A DNA stretch of 64,000 nt from the human T2T-CHM13v2.0 reference genome, Homo sapiens: assembly GCF_009914755.1 (NCBI RefSeq), contig NC_060939.1; one strand, given 5' to 3'. Every line of letters starts with the position of its first letter. Positions within the stretch are counted from its first letter, which is position 1. A model generated the notes under the pieces. That model was not told the origin of the DNA. It saw only the letters and a list, made by a program, of their open reading frames with translations, and did no database searches. Shown piece by piece: positions 46,241 to 60,029 of the stretch. The translations under genes and the position numbers were made by a program.

Positions 46241-48469
46241 GAAGCTTTTTCCAAAGCACAAAGCTGTCCTCAAGTATCCTAACATTCTGTCATGGAGTAT
46301 CTTGAGGATTGAAATGGATCTCATGGGAGGAGCAGTGGTGAATCTATGGAACGTTTTCGTAAGAATCATCGCTGGGATGATTAGCTGTCAGAATGTTACC
46401 AGTATGTGCAATCACCTTTGAAAAAATACTGGAATATGAGGTGAATTGCATAAATACTCAATAAATGCATAAATAATTACTAATATTTAATATTTTAAAA
46501 TAATTGTTTTAACTTGGCATCAAGCATCATTACTATTGACTTTACCTGGTAGAAATTTCAAAAAGACCCAGATAACTTGAAAATCGGCCTTAGACCCCAG
46601 CCAGCTATCATCATGTGATATACATGGGTCACCATTTTCCCTTTGTTAAACAAGAAGCTCCTCCTGGGCTCTTCCACTCTCTTTTCATGTCTTTTCCACT
46701 TTTGCATCGTTGGTCAGTGTCCAGTACAGAATTAAAAACTTAATAAATGGTTACTGAGTGAATGAATAACATGTGAAAAGAACCATGAGTCTGAGATTCC
46801 AGTTCCAAAATGGCTGCTGAGTTTCTATGCCATTTTGAGAAGGTCACTTTACGTTTCTGGGCCTCAGTTTCCTTATTAATCAATGGAAGGGATAGTTGGC
46901 TGACATTAATAGTAGCTAACATTGACTAATCTTTTCTTATGTGCCTGGCATTGTTCTCATTGCTTGCCTGCATTAGCACATTTAATCTTCACGGTGCAAT
47001 ACCCAGGGATTCTCTCATTCAGGTCACCTCACACACAGCTCTGGAAAAAGCACCACGCAGGTGCCCCAGGGGTCTGTAGGAGTGTTTGTAGGAGGAGCCA
47101 AGCATACATTGGTCTCAACCAGGTCACTTTTGAGCATGGAGCCTTATGCTTTAGATTAGCCAACTGGAAAAATTCTTCGGTTTGCCTATCTCAAGTTGGC
47201 TTAAGCTTTCTCTTATTCAGTAAAAATTACAGGTAGCAGAAGTGTGTGGGGAGAGCGGTGGGAGAAAATGGCAAAGAAGAGAAAGATGGCCATAGCTGGC
47301 CTCTGTTTCATTCTGCTAGGGTGAAGTGAGGCAGAAATCCAGAAATCCACCTGACAGAGACTCCACTTGGCCCCCTGTGATCCAAGTGCATAACCAACCC
47401 GTGTAATTGCCAGCCCTAAGATGAATTACTTCACCTGCTCTCTTGCAGGCGATGCCCTCCAGGCTAACAGGTGTGGGACGTGGCCAGAAGGGATGTGGAT
47501 TAAAGAAGATGCCATTCCCAAGCTGCCTTGAGGAGGCCAGACCTTGGGCTCCATCCAGCCATCTAGGAGAGTCAGGCAGGGCCAGCTTCCCTCTGACTGG
47601 GTGGTCTTGAATCTAAGCTATGAATCAAGAATAATTTTTGCCTAATGTGAGAAGAGTCTGCATCCTTGAGGATTCCAGAAACGTTCTGTTTCTTCCCAGT
47701 CCTGTATCGTTTCCTTAACAGCCTCCTAAAACATGCTTGAGGCTGCTGGGAGAAACAGTGGGGGGAACACGTCTTTCTTTCACAGAGCTTTCAACTAATT
47801 GAGAAGATATTTGTATAGTGACTTCACTGGGAAGCCTGCTGTTGGAATACTGAACAAATTTCACACTCATTGCTTCAATATTTGCCATGAAATTCTTCCA
47901 AATTCTAATGAGAGACTGTCACTCTCCTCAGGCCCCTCTTTCATGGATGAAGAATAAATATATTTCTTCTTTTCCTCTATTTACTGTACCAGAAGCTATT
48001 TTGGAGAGAGCCAAGGTTAGTTGTCAGTCACCAAGATGCAGATCTGGATGAAAGTGGATGATTGTGGTACGTACTGGTAATAGCTATGACACCATGGGCA
48101 AATTTCTTACTATCTCGAAATAACATTTTCCTCACCTATGAACTCACTCCAGTACCTTTCACAATTAAAAAATAATGAAAAAAGAAAACACCATAGAGGG
48201 TTGTTTTGAAGATTAAACAAGCTATGCATGGAAAGCATTTAGCCCAGTGCCCAGTACACAGAAAACAGTTGATAAATCATAGTTGTTATTATTAATATCT
48301 TCAACTTCATCCAGCCTCTCATTCCTGCTGGCGTGGGACCTGGTGGCTTGGATGAGAAGGTTCAAAATGTCAAAGTCAAACTGAAATGGATTTGCTTCCC
48401 ATATTAAGTATAAACACCTCAAATGGAATTACACCTTGTAGAACATATTTAGAAGATAAGTTAGTACAT

Positions 48470-48851
48470 TGCTATGGTTTGAATATTTGTGTCCCTCCAG
48501 GATTTGTGTTAAAACATAATCCCCAAAGAGATAGTATTAAGGTGTGGAGTTTTTAGGAGGTGATTAGGTCACAAAGGATCCATGAACGGGATTGTGCCCT
48601 TTTAAAAGGGTTGAGGGAGGCTGTTTGGCCCCTTTTCCTGCCTTCCGCCCCTCCTATCATGTGAGGACACAGTGTTCATCCTTTCTTCCCTTACCTAAGG
48701 ACACAGCAAGAGGCATCATCCATGAAGCAGAGACGGAAATCTTCACTAGACACTGAATTGCAGGCACCTTGATCCATCATGGACTTCTAGGCCTCCAGTG
48801 CTATGAGAAATAAATTTCTATTATTTATAAGTTATCTAGTCTAACTAAGAC
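48470..48851 (+). mobile_element. MaLR LTR (MLT1A-like)
   Basis: tgctatggtttgaat...gagaaataaatttctattatttataag...aactaagaca. Confidence 0.88.
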
Positions 48852-50591
48852 ATACATTGCACTTTTGTATTTTTCTATCCTGAATCACATTCCAGTATGG
48901 CCTTCCTGGATTTTTCACAAGACATACAATTTCAAATCTCCTGTCTCATTGTGAGACTATATGAAAATGAGCCTCAGCCACTGGTATGGAGAACATGATC
49001 CCTCTCTGTCCCCGTCCAACACCATCTTGCTTCTATGATCGGCTTTCTCTGAAACAGGGTAGTTCTGAGGGTTTGGGGAATTGAGGTGATTGCCTTGGAA
49101 CTCTTTTCATGGTCTAACTTGGAAATCAGAGATAACTAGGTCAGAGTCAGGAGCAATGACAGCTTTGGGAAGAAAGGTTTGACACCTCTACAATCATGCT
49201 GCAGTTGCTTATGCAAGGGGATTTTCCCTACCCTCCCTCTCTGGTGGATGCAAACTCTGGAGAAAAGAGTTTCTAAATCTACACCAATGAGGCATAGCTA
49301 GGAACATGAAGAGTCAAAACCACTCTCAATTTGCGAAGTAAAGTATGAAAGGCAAGCTCCCAGAGGTCTGGAGCTTCTGGAATTGCTTGTGCCATGTACA
49401 CATGGCACTGGACTCAAATTACTCTGTTTCATCACTAGAAATGTCATAGGACAACATGACCGGATCAGTCAGCAAAGTCCCCCAAAATCAAAGGAAAATG
49501 GGAATATATAGAACATATAACTCCATATGTTAAACAAACAGGCAGCAAAACCTGCCCATTCTTAGCCCTCATAGCTTTAATCATAAAGCAGGGAATTCCA
49601 GATTTCTCCATTCTCAGAGCAGCAATCCACAAAAGAATAGGTGAGGCCTGAGATCTTAATTTAAACCTTACTCCCCATGCTTTCATATTACCAGGTTCTT
49701 TTCTCTCCCAGCGAAATAAAAATACAGAAATCACTTCGCCTGATAGTTCCTGCCTTCACACCGGCTTGCCGTAATGGTAGCATCAATCATTGTACGAAGA
49801 GCAACCCAGGGATTTGTCAGACACAAAGAGGAGGTTTCCAGCTCTGACTTCCACAGCCAGACAACTCTGGAAGTCACCCTCCGTGGGCCGAGCTAGCGCA
49901 CAGCACCCTGTCTGGCCCCCTCCACCCATGTTCCCGGCTCTGCTGAGGCAGCCCAGGTGAAACTAGCTGGCAGCCCAAGGCTGGCCCTCTCAGAGACCCC
50001 TGAGCTCAAATCTGAGAGAAGCCAGGCCTCTCCTGCTGGCTGCCCTGTCCTCTTCCCACTCCTGGTACCCACAGAGGTAGGGCTGGTTCTCACAACTCCT
50101 CGTAAGAAGATGTGTTGGGTCTAGGCTCCTGGGTTCTCAGTCCCAAGAACTTCCAGCTGGAATCTTTTCAGAAGCACCTGTGTTTATTGACGTTCCACTC
50201 TTCTTCATTGCCCACCCCTTCCTTTTTAGCGCACTGGACTCTTTCTAGGCTGTCCTAGGTGTTTCTGTCATTATGCAGCTAAATTGAGTGAATCAGCAAC
50301 AAACATCTTAGCACAAATTAAATCAATGTGTCACTTTCCCCAGACATTTGCATTTTAAAAGAGATCCAAAGAGTGAGGTACCCAAAAGAAAGGTGGACTT
50401 TCAGCCCACTGACCTTAGATGGGGTGGAGCTCTGAGCAGAGGAGCCCTTCTGATCCCTGCATAAAACCTTTTCATTTTAGTGCGGTAGGCAATTGTGTCT
50501 TCTGCCATATGAAGGGCAGTCATTTCCTAGGAGAAGAATTGAATGAAGACCAATCCTCCACAACATGAGGCAGCATCAAGTAAAGGAAGTG

Positions 50592-50593
<2 letters not shown>

Positions 50594-50622
<29 letters not shown>

Positions 50623-50906
50623 GGGATGAAGTCTCCCTCTGTTGCACAGGCTGGAGTGCAATGGCACAATCTGGGCTCACTGCAAACTCCGCCTCGCTGT
50701 TTCAAGTGATTCTCCTGCCTCAGCCTCCTGAGTAGTTGGGATTACAGGCACATGCCACCACACCTACCTAATTTTTTTTTGTGTATTTTTAGTAGAGATG
50801 GGGTTTCACCATTTTTGTCAGGCTGGTCTCGAACTCCTGGCCTCAAGTGATCTGCCCACCTCAGCCTCCCAAAGTGCTGGAATTACAGGCGTGAGCCCAC
50901 CTGGCT
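50594..50906 (-). mobile_element. AluS-type
   Basis: TSD ggaagtgtcttt. Confidence 0.94.
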
Positions 50907-51160
50907 GGAAGTGTCTTTTAAGATGCTCTTTTTATTTCATTGCTCTTATGTCATCGTACAGGTCCATGGGGGAATTGCAAATTGATATACGAGGTGCTAG
51001 GTAGTAAAAACAACACAAAATAACTAACCTGAGTTCTCACCCAGGACTCCAAAAACCCTGGACTGAGGGCAAGTCACCTAACCTGTCATGACCACCCTGA
51101 GTCTCATTTTCCTTATCTGCACAATGGCATGACAACACAAGAAGCCTCATAAGGGCACTA

Positions 51161-51751
<591 letters not shown>

Positions 51752-53319
51752 TCAGTTTTCCTTTGTCCCAAATCAATGCTTTAGAGCTTATTGAGCGCAT
51801 ATGCTGACAGTGCATTATTTTATCAGAAGTGAATATACATCCCTCTCCATGCGTAGCAACAGACACTGTCAAGTCGAGTGCCAACAGCTGGCACTACAGA
51901 TGTCATCAACAGCTGCATTCTGTCATTCCAGGATGCATGAGTCCCAGTTCCTCTTCCTCTCTCCTTGTTCTTAGAAATTTTGATGTCTATGTATAATATT
52001 ATTTTACCTTCCTGGTTAAACTCATTTTGCAATTACACCCAGATGTATCCAGTCACTTTTACAAAGTTAGGTTCAGTTTGCTCAGAAATTTGAAATGAAA
52101 AAGGAGCACTTATATCAAGTTACTAGTAAGAGAAACCTCAACTGAAGTCATGATCCAGTTTGCTAATCACTTCTGGGAAAACATCTGAATAATATGTCAG
52201 CTAGCTAAGCCATCCAGCCCCCACAGAGATATTTCAGCAGGAAATCTCTAAATAAAATGGAAATTCAATATTTCCCAGTGTATTTGTCTTACAGCAGGTC
52301 TATACAGCAGGGCCATGACTCCATAGATGTAGGAAGGCAGCTTAGTTAAAGATGAAAACAAAGGAAGATGTCTGTCGTAGTTGAACTTAATCTGGAAATA
52401 TGTTGAATCTTATTCAGGTCTGGCCAGTTGACATCGTCTCTCTTCAGGTGTTTGTTTCATCCATCACAAAAGTACCTAACGCAGTGTTACTCATAGACCC
52501 CGTTCAAAATGAAATCCAAACACCAAACAGATTAGAGTAGCCACTGACTTACACACACATGCTCCTGGGAAGAATGTGTGAGAGTGACAACCTACAGGGC
52601 AAAGTCTTGGCTGTGCATGTGCTGGGACCTGACTATGTGTATTTGTTAAGTGAATGCACGTTCACAAGCTGTGGTTGTTTTGCCTGGACACCCATGGCTA
52701 CTGGACACCAGCTACTGAAGGGATGAAGGGGGCAGGAATGAAACAGGGTTATTCAGATGCTCTCTGATTCAGGGGGTTTATCAGTAAGGTAGGGCCTGCC
52801 TATTCTGTGAAGGACTAACTTACCAGCTTAGTTTCTGCCCATACCTTCTGCTCACTCAACCCAACAGAGAGAGTTAAGGAAGAGGCACATGTGAAAAATA
52901 CTACTAGAAATAATCATACTGGGGCCTCGCCACTAAAAAAAAGCACAGGTGGAGGCGGGTTCAGTTGCAGTTTCCATAGGATCACCTGATCTGTTTTAAA
53001 TACAGTCAACTCTTAATTGCCTTATGTGGATGATGACCACAGTGCCTTTCTCTTTTCCAGGACTAACCTGTTCATCTGAGCTGTCTGCAAACAGGATCAT
53101 CACCTCTACTCGAAGACATAGCATGTCACCTTACTGAAGATGCAAGTGAAGCATTTATGTCAAAACACATCCTACGGTGGAGGCACCAGCTGCAGTGGTT
53201 TTGTACTGCATTTGTTTGTTCGGACAATGGAACTTATGGAATCAAAATATTTAGCAGGAGTTCACAATAGTACAAAATGCTGGTGCTCTGACCAGAATGC
53301 TTCAGATTCCTTTTTACTA

Positions 53320-53613
53320 TGTGGTGTATGTGGCTGTGTGGTGTGTGTGACTGTGTGTATGTGTGTGTGTGTGTGTACGCACACGAGAGAGAGAGACGGA
53401 CAGAGACAGAGAGAGAGAGACAGAGAGACAGAGACAGAATGGGAGAAATACAAAGACAGGGACAGAGAGAGACAGAGAAAGACAGAGAGATGCAGAGACA
53501 GAGAGAAATACAGAGAGAGAAAGAGATAGACAGAAAGAAGCAGAGACAGAGAGGACACATGCACACAGAGAAACAGAGAGAGACACACGGAGAGAGAAGA
53601 CAGAGAGAGAGAG
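53320..53613. repeat. Degenerate (GT)n followed by a GA/GACA-rich low-complexity tract
   Basis: Seen directly; the source of six spurious ORFs. Confidence 0.95.
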
Positions 53614-54743
53614 AATCTTCAGGCTGTTAGGTTTTCACTGTTGCCAGCCAGCACCTTCAGCTGTTTTGGGGAGACTGTCCTCAGCCTGCTTTGCTTTGTA
53701 CTGGAGAGCCAGCCCTGTCTAGGTATTTAGACCTTCCTGGGGCAGCTCTTGGCCAGTAGATAGATGGATAGAGGGATGTGAAAGCTTCAGCTCCTCCGCC
53801 TCAAGTTAGTACAGTTCTGAGACATAAGTCACATACCAGAGGTCCCCAGTGGTATCAGGCGGAAGCTGCTCTCCACGGGACTCTGCCTGAGATTGTGCCT
53901 CTGTCTGGCTTCCTCCACTCCCCTGAAAGAGGGGAGACTTCCCTCAGTTGGCAGATGTGGCATCGCTTATCCCCAGCATGGAGTGGAGGACAGCTCTGTG
54001 GGATCAGGGATTCAGGAGACTCATCGGCCCCTGAGTTAGGCGTTGAAAGTTTGGCATCTTCATTCTGCGGTGGTCCTTGGGCATCTCGGGCAGTAGGCCC
54101 TCTCTACATTCACATGTAAATGAAACAAGATATTTTAAAATCATTTCCATTGCATTCTCCCATGTGAATAAATAGTAGTAAGTGAGGTCATAAGAAACAG
54201 TATGTGTCCCGAAGAGAACTCCTAGAAAGTGTCTTAGTCAAGGGTCTAGAAACAAGTATTTAGATATTGGTCATTGATTTTGCCAGCTTTGCATAAGTTC
54301 CTCAGCACAGCAGGAATTCCCTGTAGCTTGCACCATGGAACTCACTGTTTCCAGGCTCTTCCCTCCTGAGTTTGGTTCTGATCCACGCTCATAGACAAAT
54401 TCCTGCCTCCCAGCACCCCCAGCCCCCAACTGGGCTCTTCTTTTCCTAGACTTAGACTCTTTACTCTTTGGACCTGACACGCAGAAGAATTACTTCTTCC
54501 ATTGACAATTCCAGACCTCTTCTCGGCTCTGTAGGTCAGGATCCCTTGGAGGAGTATTCCTACTGGTTTGGATATTGGGACTCTCCTGCTTTAGAATTGA
54601 TCCACCAGGATTATTTACTCTTTCCTGCTGCATTTGGGCAGATGAGTGAAGGGATATGCCCTTCTCTGCTTTTCACAGCACTTTCCTTCACTTGGCATAC
54701 TATATATTTCACTTATTCATTTGTCCTTTCTCTCTCCTTCTAG

Positions 54744-55124
<381 letters not shown>

Positions 55125-55194
55125 TAATAGATGCTTAATAAACATCTTTAAAAATTATTTTTTAAGAGATTAGTAAATGAAGAAACACTCTTAT

Positions 55195-55304
55195 CCTCTT
55201 AAGGCCCTCTTTTTGCAGCACAGCCTGTTTGGGGTTAAATTTTTAACTTAAACGTAATAATTACTTAGGTTCTGTTTTCCAACATTTCAAGACAAAGAAG
55301 AGGG
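55195..55304 (-). pseudogene. Fossil exon candidate 5
   Basis: Very strong acceptor tttcttattttctcttctttcacag|CCC. Reads LFFVLKCWKTEPK*LLRLS*KFNPKQAVLQKEGLKR and ends at AGG|ataaga, a possible mutated gtaaga donor. An alternative donor TAA|gtaatt lies at 55265. Confidence 0.4.
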
Positions 55305-55500
55305 CTGTGAAAGAAGAGAAAATAAGAAATGCTTAAACAAAGCATACCTGTGTATTAGATGTCATTTTCAAGATCAATAGAAAGAAAATAAACTATGAGT
55401 GAAACAACTTGGACCTGTAACAGTATTCCTTAAGAGATGGTATAGTCCCGGAGAAAAATATGTGTACACAAATTGCTCTTCACACTTTGGCATATGGTGC

Positions 55501-55810
55501 TTTTTGTTTTTCTTTTTCTTTTCTTTTTTTGAGATGGAGTCTTGCTCTTTCACCCAGGCTGGAGCGCAGCTGTGCGATCTTGGCTCACAGCAACCTCTGC
55601 CTCCTGGGTTCACGCCATTCTCCTGCCTTAGCCTCCTGAGTAGCTGGGACTACAGGCACCCACCACCATGCCTGGCTAATCTTTTGTATTTTTAGTAGAG
55701 ATAGGGTTTCACCGTGTTAGCCAGGATGGTCTCAATCTCCTGACCTTGTGATCTGCCTGCCTCGGCCTCCCGAAGTGCTGGGATTACAGGAGTGAGCCAC
55801 CGCACCGGCC
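55501..55810 (-). mobile_element. AluY/Sc-type
   Basis: ttcacgccattctcc and gttagccaggatggtc; TSD atggtgctttt. Confidence 0.94.
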
Positions 55811-55976
55811 ATGGTGCTTTTGTTATGCAAATCATTAGATATAAAAATACATCAATGCTCCACAGAAAATGTAGAGAAAGAAGGACTTCTTCTGACAGTA
55901 AAGATTGTCCAGTTGCTTGCCACTGTAGCCCCTATTCCACACACTTAAGGGTTAATAGAATATTGAGTGAGTTGAC

Positions 55977-56116
55977 CTTCATCAATGCTCCTTTGGGGGG
56001 TGCACTGTGGCAAATTCTTGTCTTCATTTCTAGCTTGTTTCCAACATTCACTGTTGACAATTCTAGATGGAATGGCCAATCCAAGTTGCTGACTGAAGGC
56101 TCCCAGGCAAGCTGAG
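55977..56116 (-). pseudogene. Fossil exon candidate 4 (140 nt)
   Basis: Acceptor tatttatattatacag|CTC, weak donor AAG|gtcaac. Two frames are stop-free; the phase 2 to 1 frame reads SACLGAFSQQLGLAIPSRIVNSECWKQARNEDKNLPQCTPQRSIDE. Confidence 0.3.
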
Positions 56117-56511
56117 CTGTATAATATAAATAGCTACATAAAAATGTTCAGAGTCTCTACTCTAATGACTGGCTGAGCAGCATGTACCAGACCAACCCTT
56201 ACACATTATAAAAGCTGGCTACAATTAGAAAGAAGCAAATAAAACCAGTTACGTTAAGGCATCAGAGCACAACCAAGGCAGCAGGGCTGGAAGGAACATG
56301 GAAACGCCAGCAGGGGAATTTGAAAGTGGTACAGGGAAGGGAATAAAGCCAATAATTGTGCCTTATTGTGTAGTTACCACAGTAAGCAATTGGAGCTCAG
56401 TCCTGCTGGGGAACTCCGAGAGTCTGTGTGGAATTGAGTTATCCCAAGTAAGGAGCAAGGGATCTGGTGTTTGATCAACCAGATTTACCTATTGAATGTT
56501 GCTTCTAGTGT

Positions 56512-56878
56512 TGCCTCAGTTAGTTCAGGCTGCTATAACAAGATATCACAGACTGGGTGACTTACATTTATATTTACTTCTCACAGTTGTGGAGGCTGGA
56601 AGTCCAAGATCAGGTGCCAGCAAGGTTGAGTTCTGGTGAGGGCCCTCTTCCTGGCTCACAGACAGCCTCCTTCTCCCTGTATCCTCATATCGTGAGACTA
56701 TATATATATATATTTCTCACTTTTCTCATGTCTCTTCTTATAAGGGCACTAATCCTATTCATGAGAGTTCTACTCTCAAGAACTAATCACCTTCGGAAGA
56801 CCCCACCAAATATCATCACACTGGGGATTAGGGTTTCAACACATGGATTTTGAGGGGACACAAACATTCAGTTCATAC
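56512..56878 (-). mobile_element. MaLR LTR (MLT1A/MST-like)
   Basis: ttcaggctgctataacaa...ggaggctggaagtccaagatc...gggggacacaaacattcag. Confidence 0.88.
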
Positions 56879-57229
56879 CGTGGAGAGTTATTTTTCTGAT
56901 ACCTCTGGGCTCGTGTGGGCCAAATATTCAACAATGGCTAAATAAAAGTCTCTCAGCAGAGAGATGCCTGTGTTTTCAGCAAGCCACTTCCGGACCGTTG
57001 AGGTAAAGGCCAAGAGTATATGGTTAGAGTTCGTGTCTGCTACACCCTTCGACCCGGTATTTCCACTTCTAGATATATACTCAACAGAAACGCATATATC
57101 TGTGCCCCAAGTAACAGCTATAAGAATATGCACAGGGACATTACAATAGCTCCAACTGAAAGCAACCCAAATGACCATCAGTAGTTCAACAAATAAAGAC
57201 AGTGTGGTGAATGTTTGCAATTTCCACTG

Positions 57230-57890
57230 CCCCAGTGCTGCTCCAAGCTACCACCATCTCTTGCTTAAAGCACTGCTGCAGCCTGTTAACTTGTCTTCCT
57301 GCCTCATTTTTGCTCCTTAAAGTTCTTCCATAAAGCAGCTGGAGTAATCTTTCTGAAGCGTAAGTGAAATGATATGCTATTGCCCCTACTTAAAACCCTC
57401 GAATGAGGTTTCACTTTGCTTAGAATAAAGCACAAAGTCCCTGTCATGTACCCTGCCCCACTCTTTGCCCTCCTCTCTGTCCTTCCCCATTTACACTCAG
57501 CCACACTGGCCTTTCTCTGTCCCTCCACATAACCATACATGCTCCACTGATCATCTTCAACTTTGCAGCTTCTGTTACTTGGATGTTTCCCCAGACCCTC
57601 TTAAAATGGCTACTTCCTTCTTGTCATTTTTTATTGAAGTCTAACATGCATACAGAAAAGTGAACAAATCTTAAGCAATGAACAGGCACAGAAGGACTTT
57701 AGGTAGAGGTTACAGGGTCTGCTTTGAGTTTTAGCAGGATGGCTCCTGCAGCAGAGAGGGAGGAAAAGGGAATGGAGTGAGGAAGCCTGGATGAAGAGAG
57801 ACATGTTTTAAGGTGTTTGTCAGAAGTGAGATGACACATAACTAAGACCTGAACAAAGACATTGTCTACAGGAAGGGAAGGAAGAAGCAA
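57230..57890. mobile_element. L2 fragments
   Basis: ccaagctaccaccatctcttgc...cagccacactggcctttctctg. Confidence 0.7.
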
Positions 57891-58159
57891 AGATTCAAGA
57901 GAATCTACCTAGATTTTCAGGCTATATGTAGTGGCTATAGTGACTTTGACCACCTTATTGTAATCAGTTTATGGATTTACTCCAATGTAAGCATAGGAAA
58001 CTCTCTAACTATAACTTGGATTATAATTAGTGTTTTTCACTAATTAGACCTGATTGTTTTTTTTTAGGAAGCCTAAGGTCTCGGCCATGTTAACTCTTTT
58101 TCTTTTCTTTCCTCTTTTTTTTTTTTTTTTTTTTTTAACTCCCGGGCCCATTTAAAAAC

Positions 58160-58299
58160 CTTATTATTTTGATGCACTATGTTACTAATAATTCCTTCCT
58201 CATCTTTGATCTCAGTCTTCCTCTTGCTTTTCCCAGACAGTATATGAATAAAATATTGAGCTGCTGATTAATGACCCTATATGTGCCACTTTGAGATGT
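58160..58299 (-). pseudogene. Fossil exon candidate 3 (140 nt, phase 0 to 2)
   Basis: Acceptor ataatttctttag|ACA, weak donor AAG|gttttt. Open for 40 codons: TSQSGTYRVINQQLNILFIYCLGKARGRLRSKMRKELLVT*. Confidence 0.4.
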
Positions 58300-58539
58300 C
58301 TAAAGAAATTATCCAAATGCCCAGACAGCTCTATAATGTCACATTTAAATTAGAGACTGAATCTTTAAAAGGCTATCCTCTGTTGTAAAAGCTGTGCTAT
58401 AAGGATGGTAATAAGACCTAATTTCCTCTTAAGAGAACGGGTAGAAATATTGTCTTTTAATGCCAAGAAAAGAGCATGAGATACACTGCTTAAAACAGGC
58501 AAATATGTAAGTTGATGCTTTCACTTCAGCTACACTTAC

Positions 58540-58865
58540 CCTAGATTTAAAGTGTGCCTTCTCAGGAGAGTCTAAGAGTGGATAGAGATTCTGGTTTTTG
58601 TTTTAATTTTAATTGCTTTTGTCCTACTCTGAAATGATGTCACTTTTTCCCCGCTTTGGCTTTGTTATGGGTGTCTTACTGACATTGTATTTCTTCCCAG
58701 AGAGGTCACTAATAGTTGACATTGACTGTTTTTTACAGAAAAACATGCCAGTGATCAAGGCTATAAGCAATGGGTAGAATCTTTGAACTGCATATAACTG
58801 GGTTGCTATATGGAAATACAAAGCAGAGCTCTTAGGTTCATAAAAAGGTCTCAGTCACCCTGATC
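58540..58865 (-). pseudogene. Fossil exon candidate 2 (326 nt, phase 1 to 0, 4 stops)
   Basis: Acceptor tttttgtttattgctcag|GATC, consensus donor AGG|gtaagt. Reads SG*LRPFYEPKSSALYFHIATQLYAVQRFYPLLIALITGMFFCKKQSMSTISDLSGKKYNVSKTPITKPKRGKSDIISE*DKSN*N*NKNQNLYPLLDSPEKAHFKSR. Confidence 0.65.
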
Positions 58866-59225
58866 CTGAGCAATAAACAAAAATATATAATAATAGCAGC
58901 AGGAGTAATTGTACTAAAGATAGGGATAATCTGGCTGATATGATAAAGCATTTACTATGTGCTGAGTTCTTTACATACTGCCCTCATTTAATCTTCTCAA
59001 CTCCACAAGGCAGGTGTACTGTTACTATCCAAGGTCACAATACTGGAAAGGAGCAGATTGAAGACCCAAACCAATGTCTGTTTGACACTAAAGAACATGC
59101 TTTTTGCCACTTTCTCATACTGCAAGCTGGGCTACTATATGGCTTGATGTTCAAACTTAGTCCATGATGGCTTTCTCCAAGTAAGTAATGTCTTGGATGG
59201 TTTAACCCATATTAGAAAGATACAA

Positions 59226-59521
59226 GGCTGGGTGTGGTGGCTAATGCCTGTAATCCCAGCACTTTGGGAGGCCGAGGCGAGAGGATCACCTGAGGTCAGA
59301 AGTTCGAGATCAGCCTGGCCAACATGGCAAAATCCCATCTCTACTAAAACTATAAAAATTAGCCAGCATAGTGGCAGGCACCTGTAATCCCAGTTACTCG
59401 AGAGGCTGAGGTAGGGAGAATTGCTTGAACCCAGGAGGCGGAAGTTACAGTGAGTTACACCACTGCACTCCAGCATGGGTGACAGAGCAAGACTTTGTCA
59501 AAAAAAAAAAAAAAAAAAAAA
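59226..59521 (+). mobile_element. AluS-type
   Basis: Dimeric Alu with long A tail. Confidence 0.93.
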
Positions 59522-59558
59522 GGAAGGAAAACAAACACTACTTAGTCGGAATACATAC

Positions 59559-59784
59559 TGTAAACAGAATGTCTGAATGTAGTGTCTGCATGACCGATAG
59601 TTATGCACATCTCAAATTTCCCAGGGTAGTTCACATTTATACTATTATTTGCCTGTGTTTCTATAAATATTATTCCACCTTTTAGACCATGTGTTTCAAT
59701 TGTTGGATTAGAAACAATGGTTTCAGTAACCACATTGATCTTTTTAAGACATGAAAAGGGAACATTTGCTTTTATCTCAAGACA
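59559..59784 (-). pseudogene. Fossil exon candidate 1 (226 nt, phase 0 to 1, stop-free)
   Basis: Acceptor ctgtttttacaag|TGT, donor TACA|gtatgt. Reads CLEIKANVPFSCLKKINVVTETIVSNPTIETHGLKGGIIFIETQANNSINVNYPGKFEMCITIGHADTTFRHSVY (ORF track 59542..59805). Confidence 0.55.
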
Positions 59785-60029
59785 CTTGTAAAAACAGTGA
59801 TACATAATATTTGTACATATTTATGGGGTACACGTAAGAGCCTTTAGGACCTAAATGTTACTAAGCCTCCTGCCTCGACTGGTGCTGTGGCCATGCACCA
59901 TCACAGAGGCCCGGGGCAACTTAGGAGTGCTTTCATGTTGTGATATACTACGTCATCCCAAAGCAAGTTTTAATATTATTGCAAAATTTCAAAGCTATAT
60001 AAGCTAAACAGCTTACGTGAAATGAAATC

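Noticed and set aside
53140-53722. Overlapping ORFs rich in RE/RD or SL/CL repeats
   Set aside because: They are produced by the GT/GA low-complexity tract.
58090-58141. Orphan poly-T tract flanked by ttaactc
   Set aside because: It might be a tail-only retroposition, but the 7-bp repeat lacks the L1 endonuclease signature and slippage explains it equally well.
58740-58850. LRR-cap-like reading (LRALLCISI / YSNPV...LPIAYSLDHWHV) in fossil exon 2
   Set aside because: It needs a frameshift plus a deletion and uses stop-rich frames. The third frame is open for 76 codons and matches the phase of both neighbouring exons, so I treat this as coincidence.
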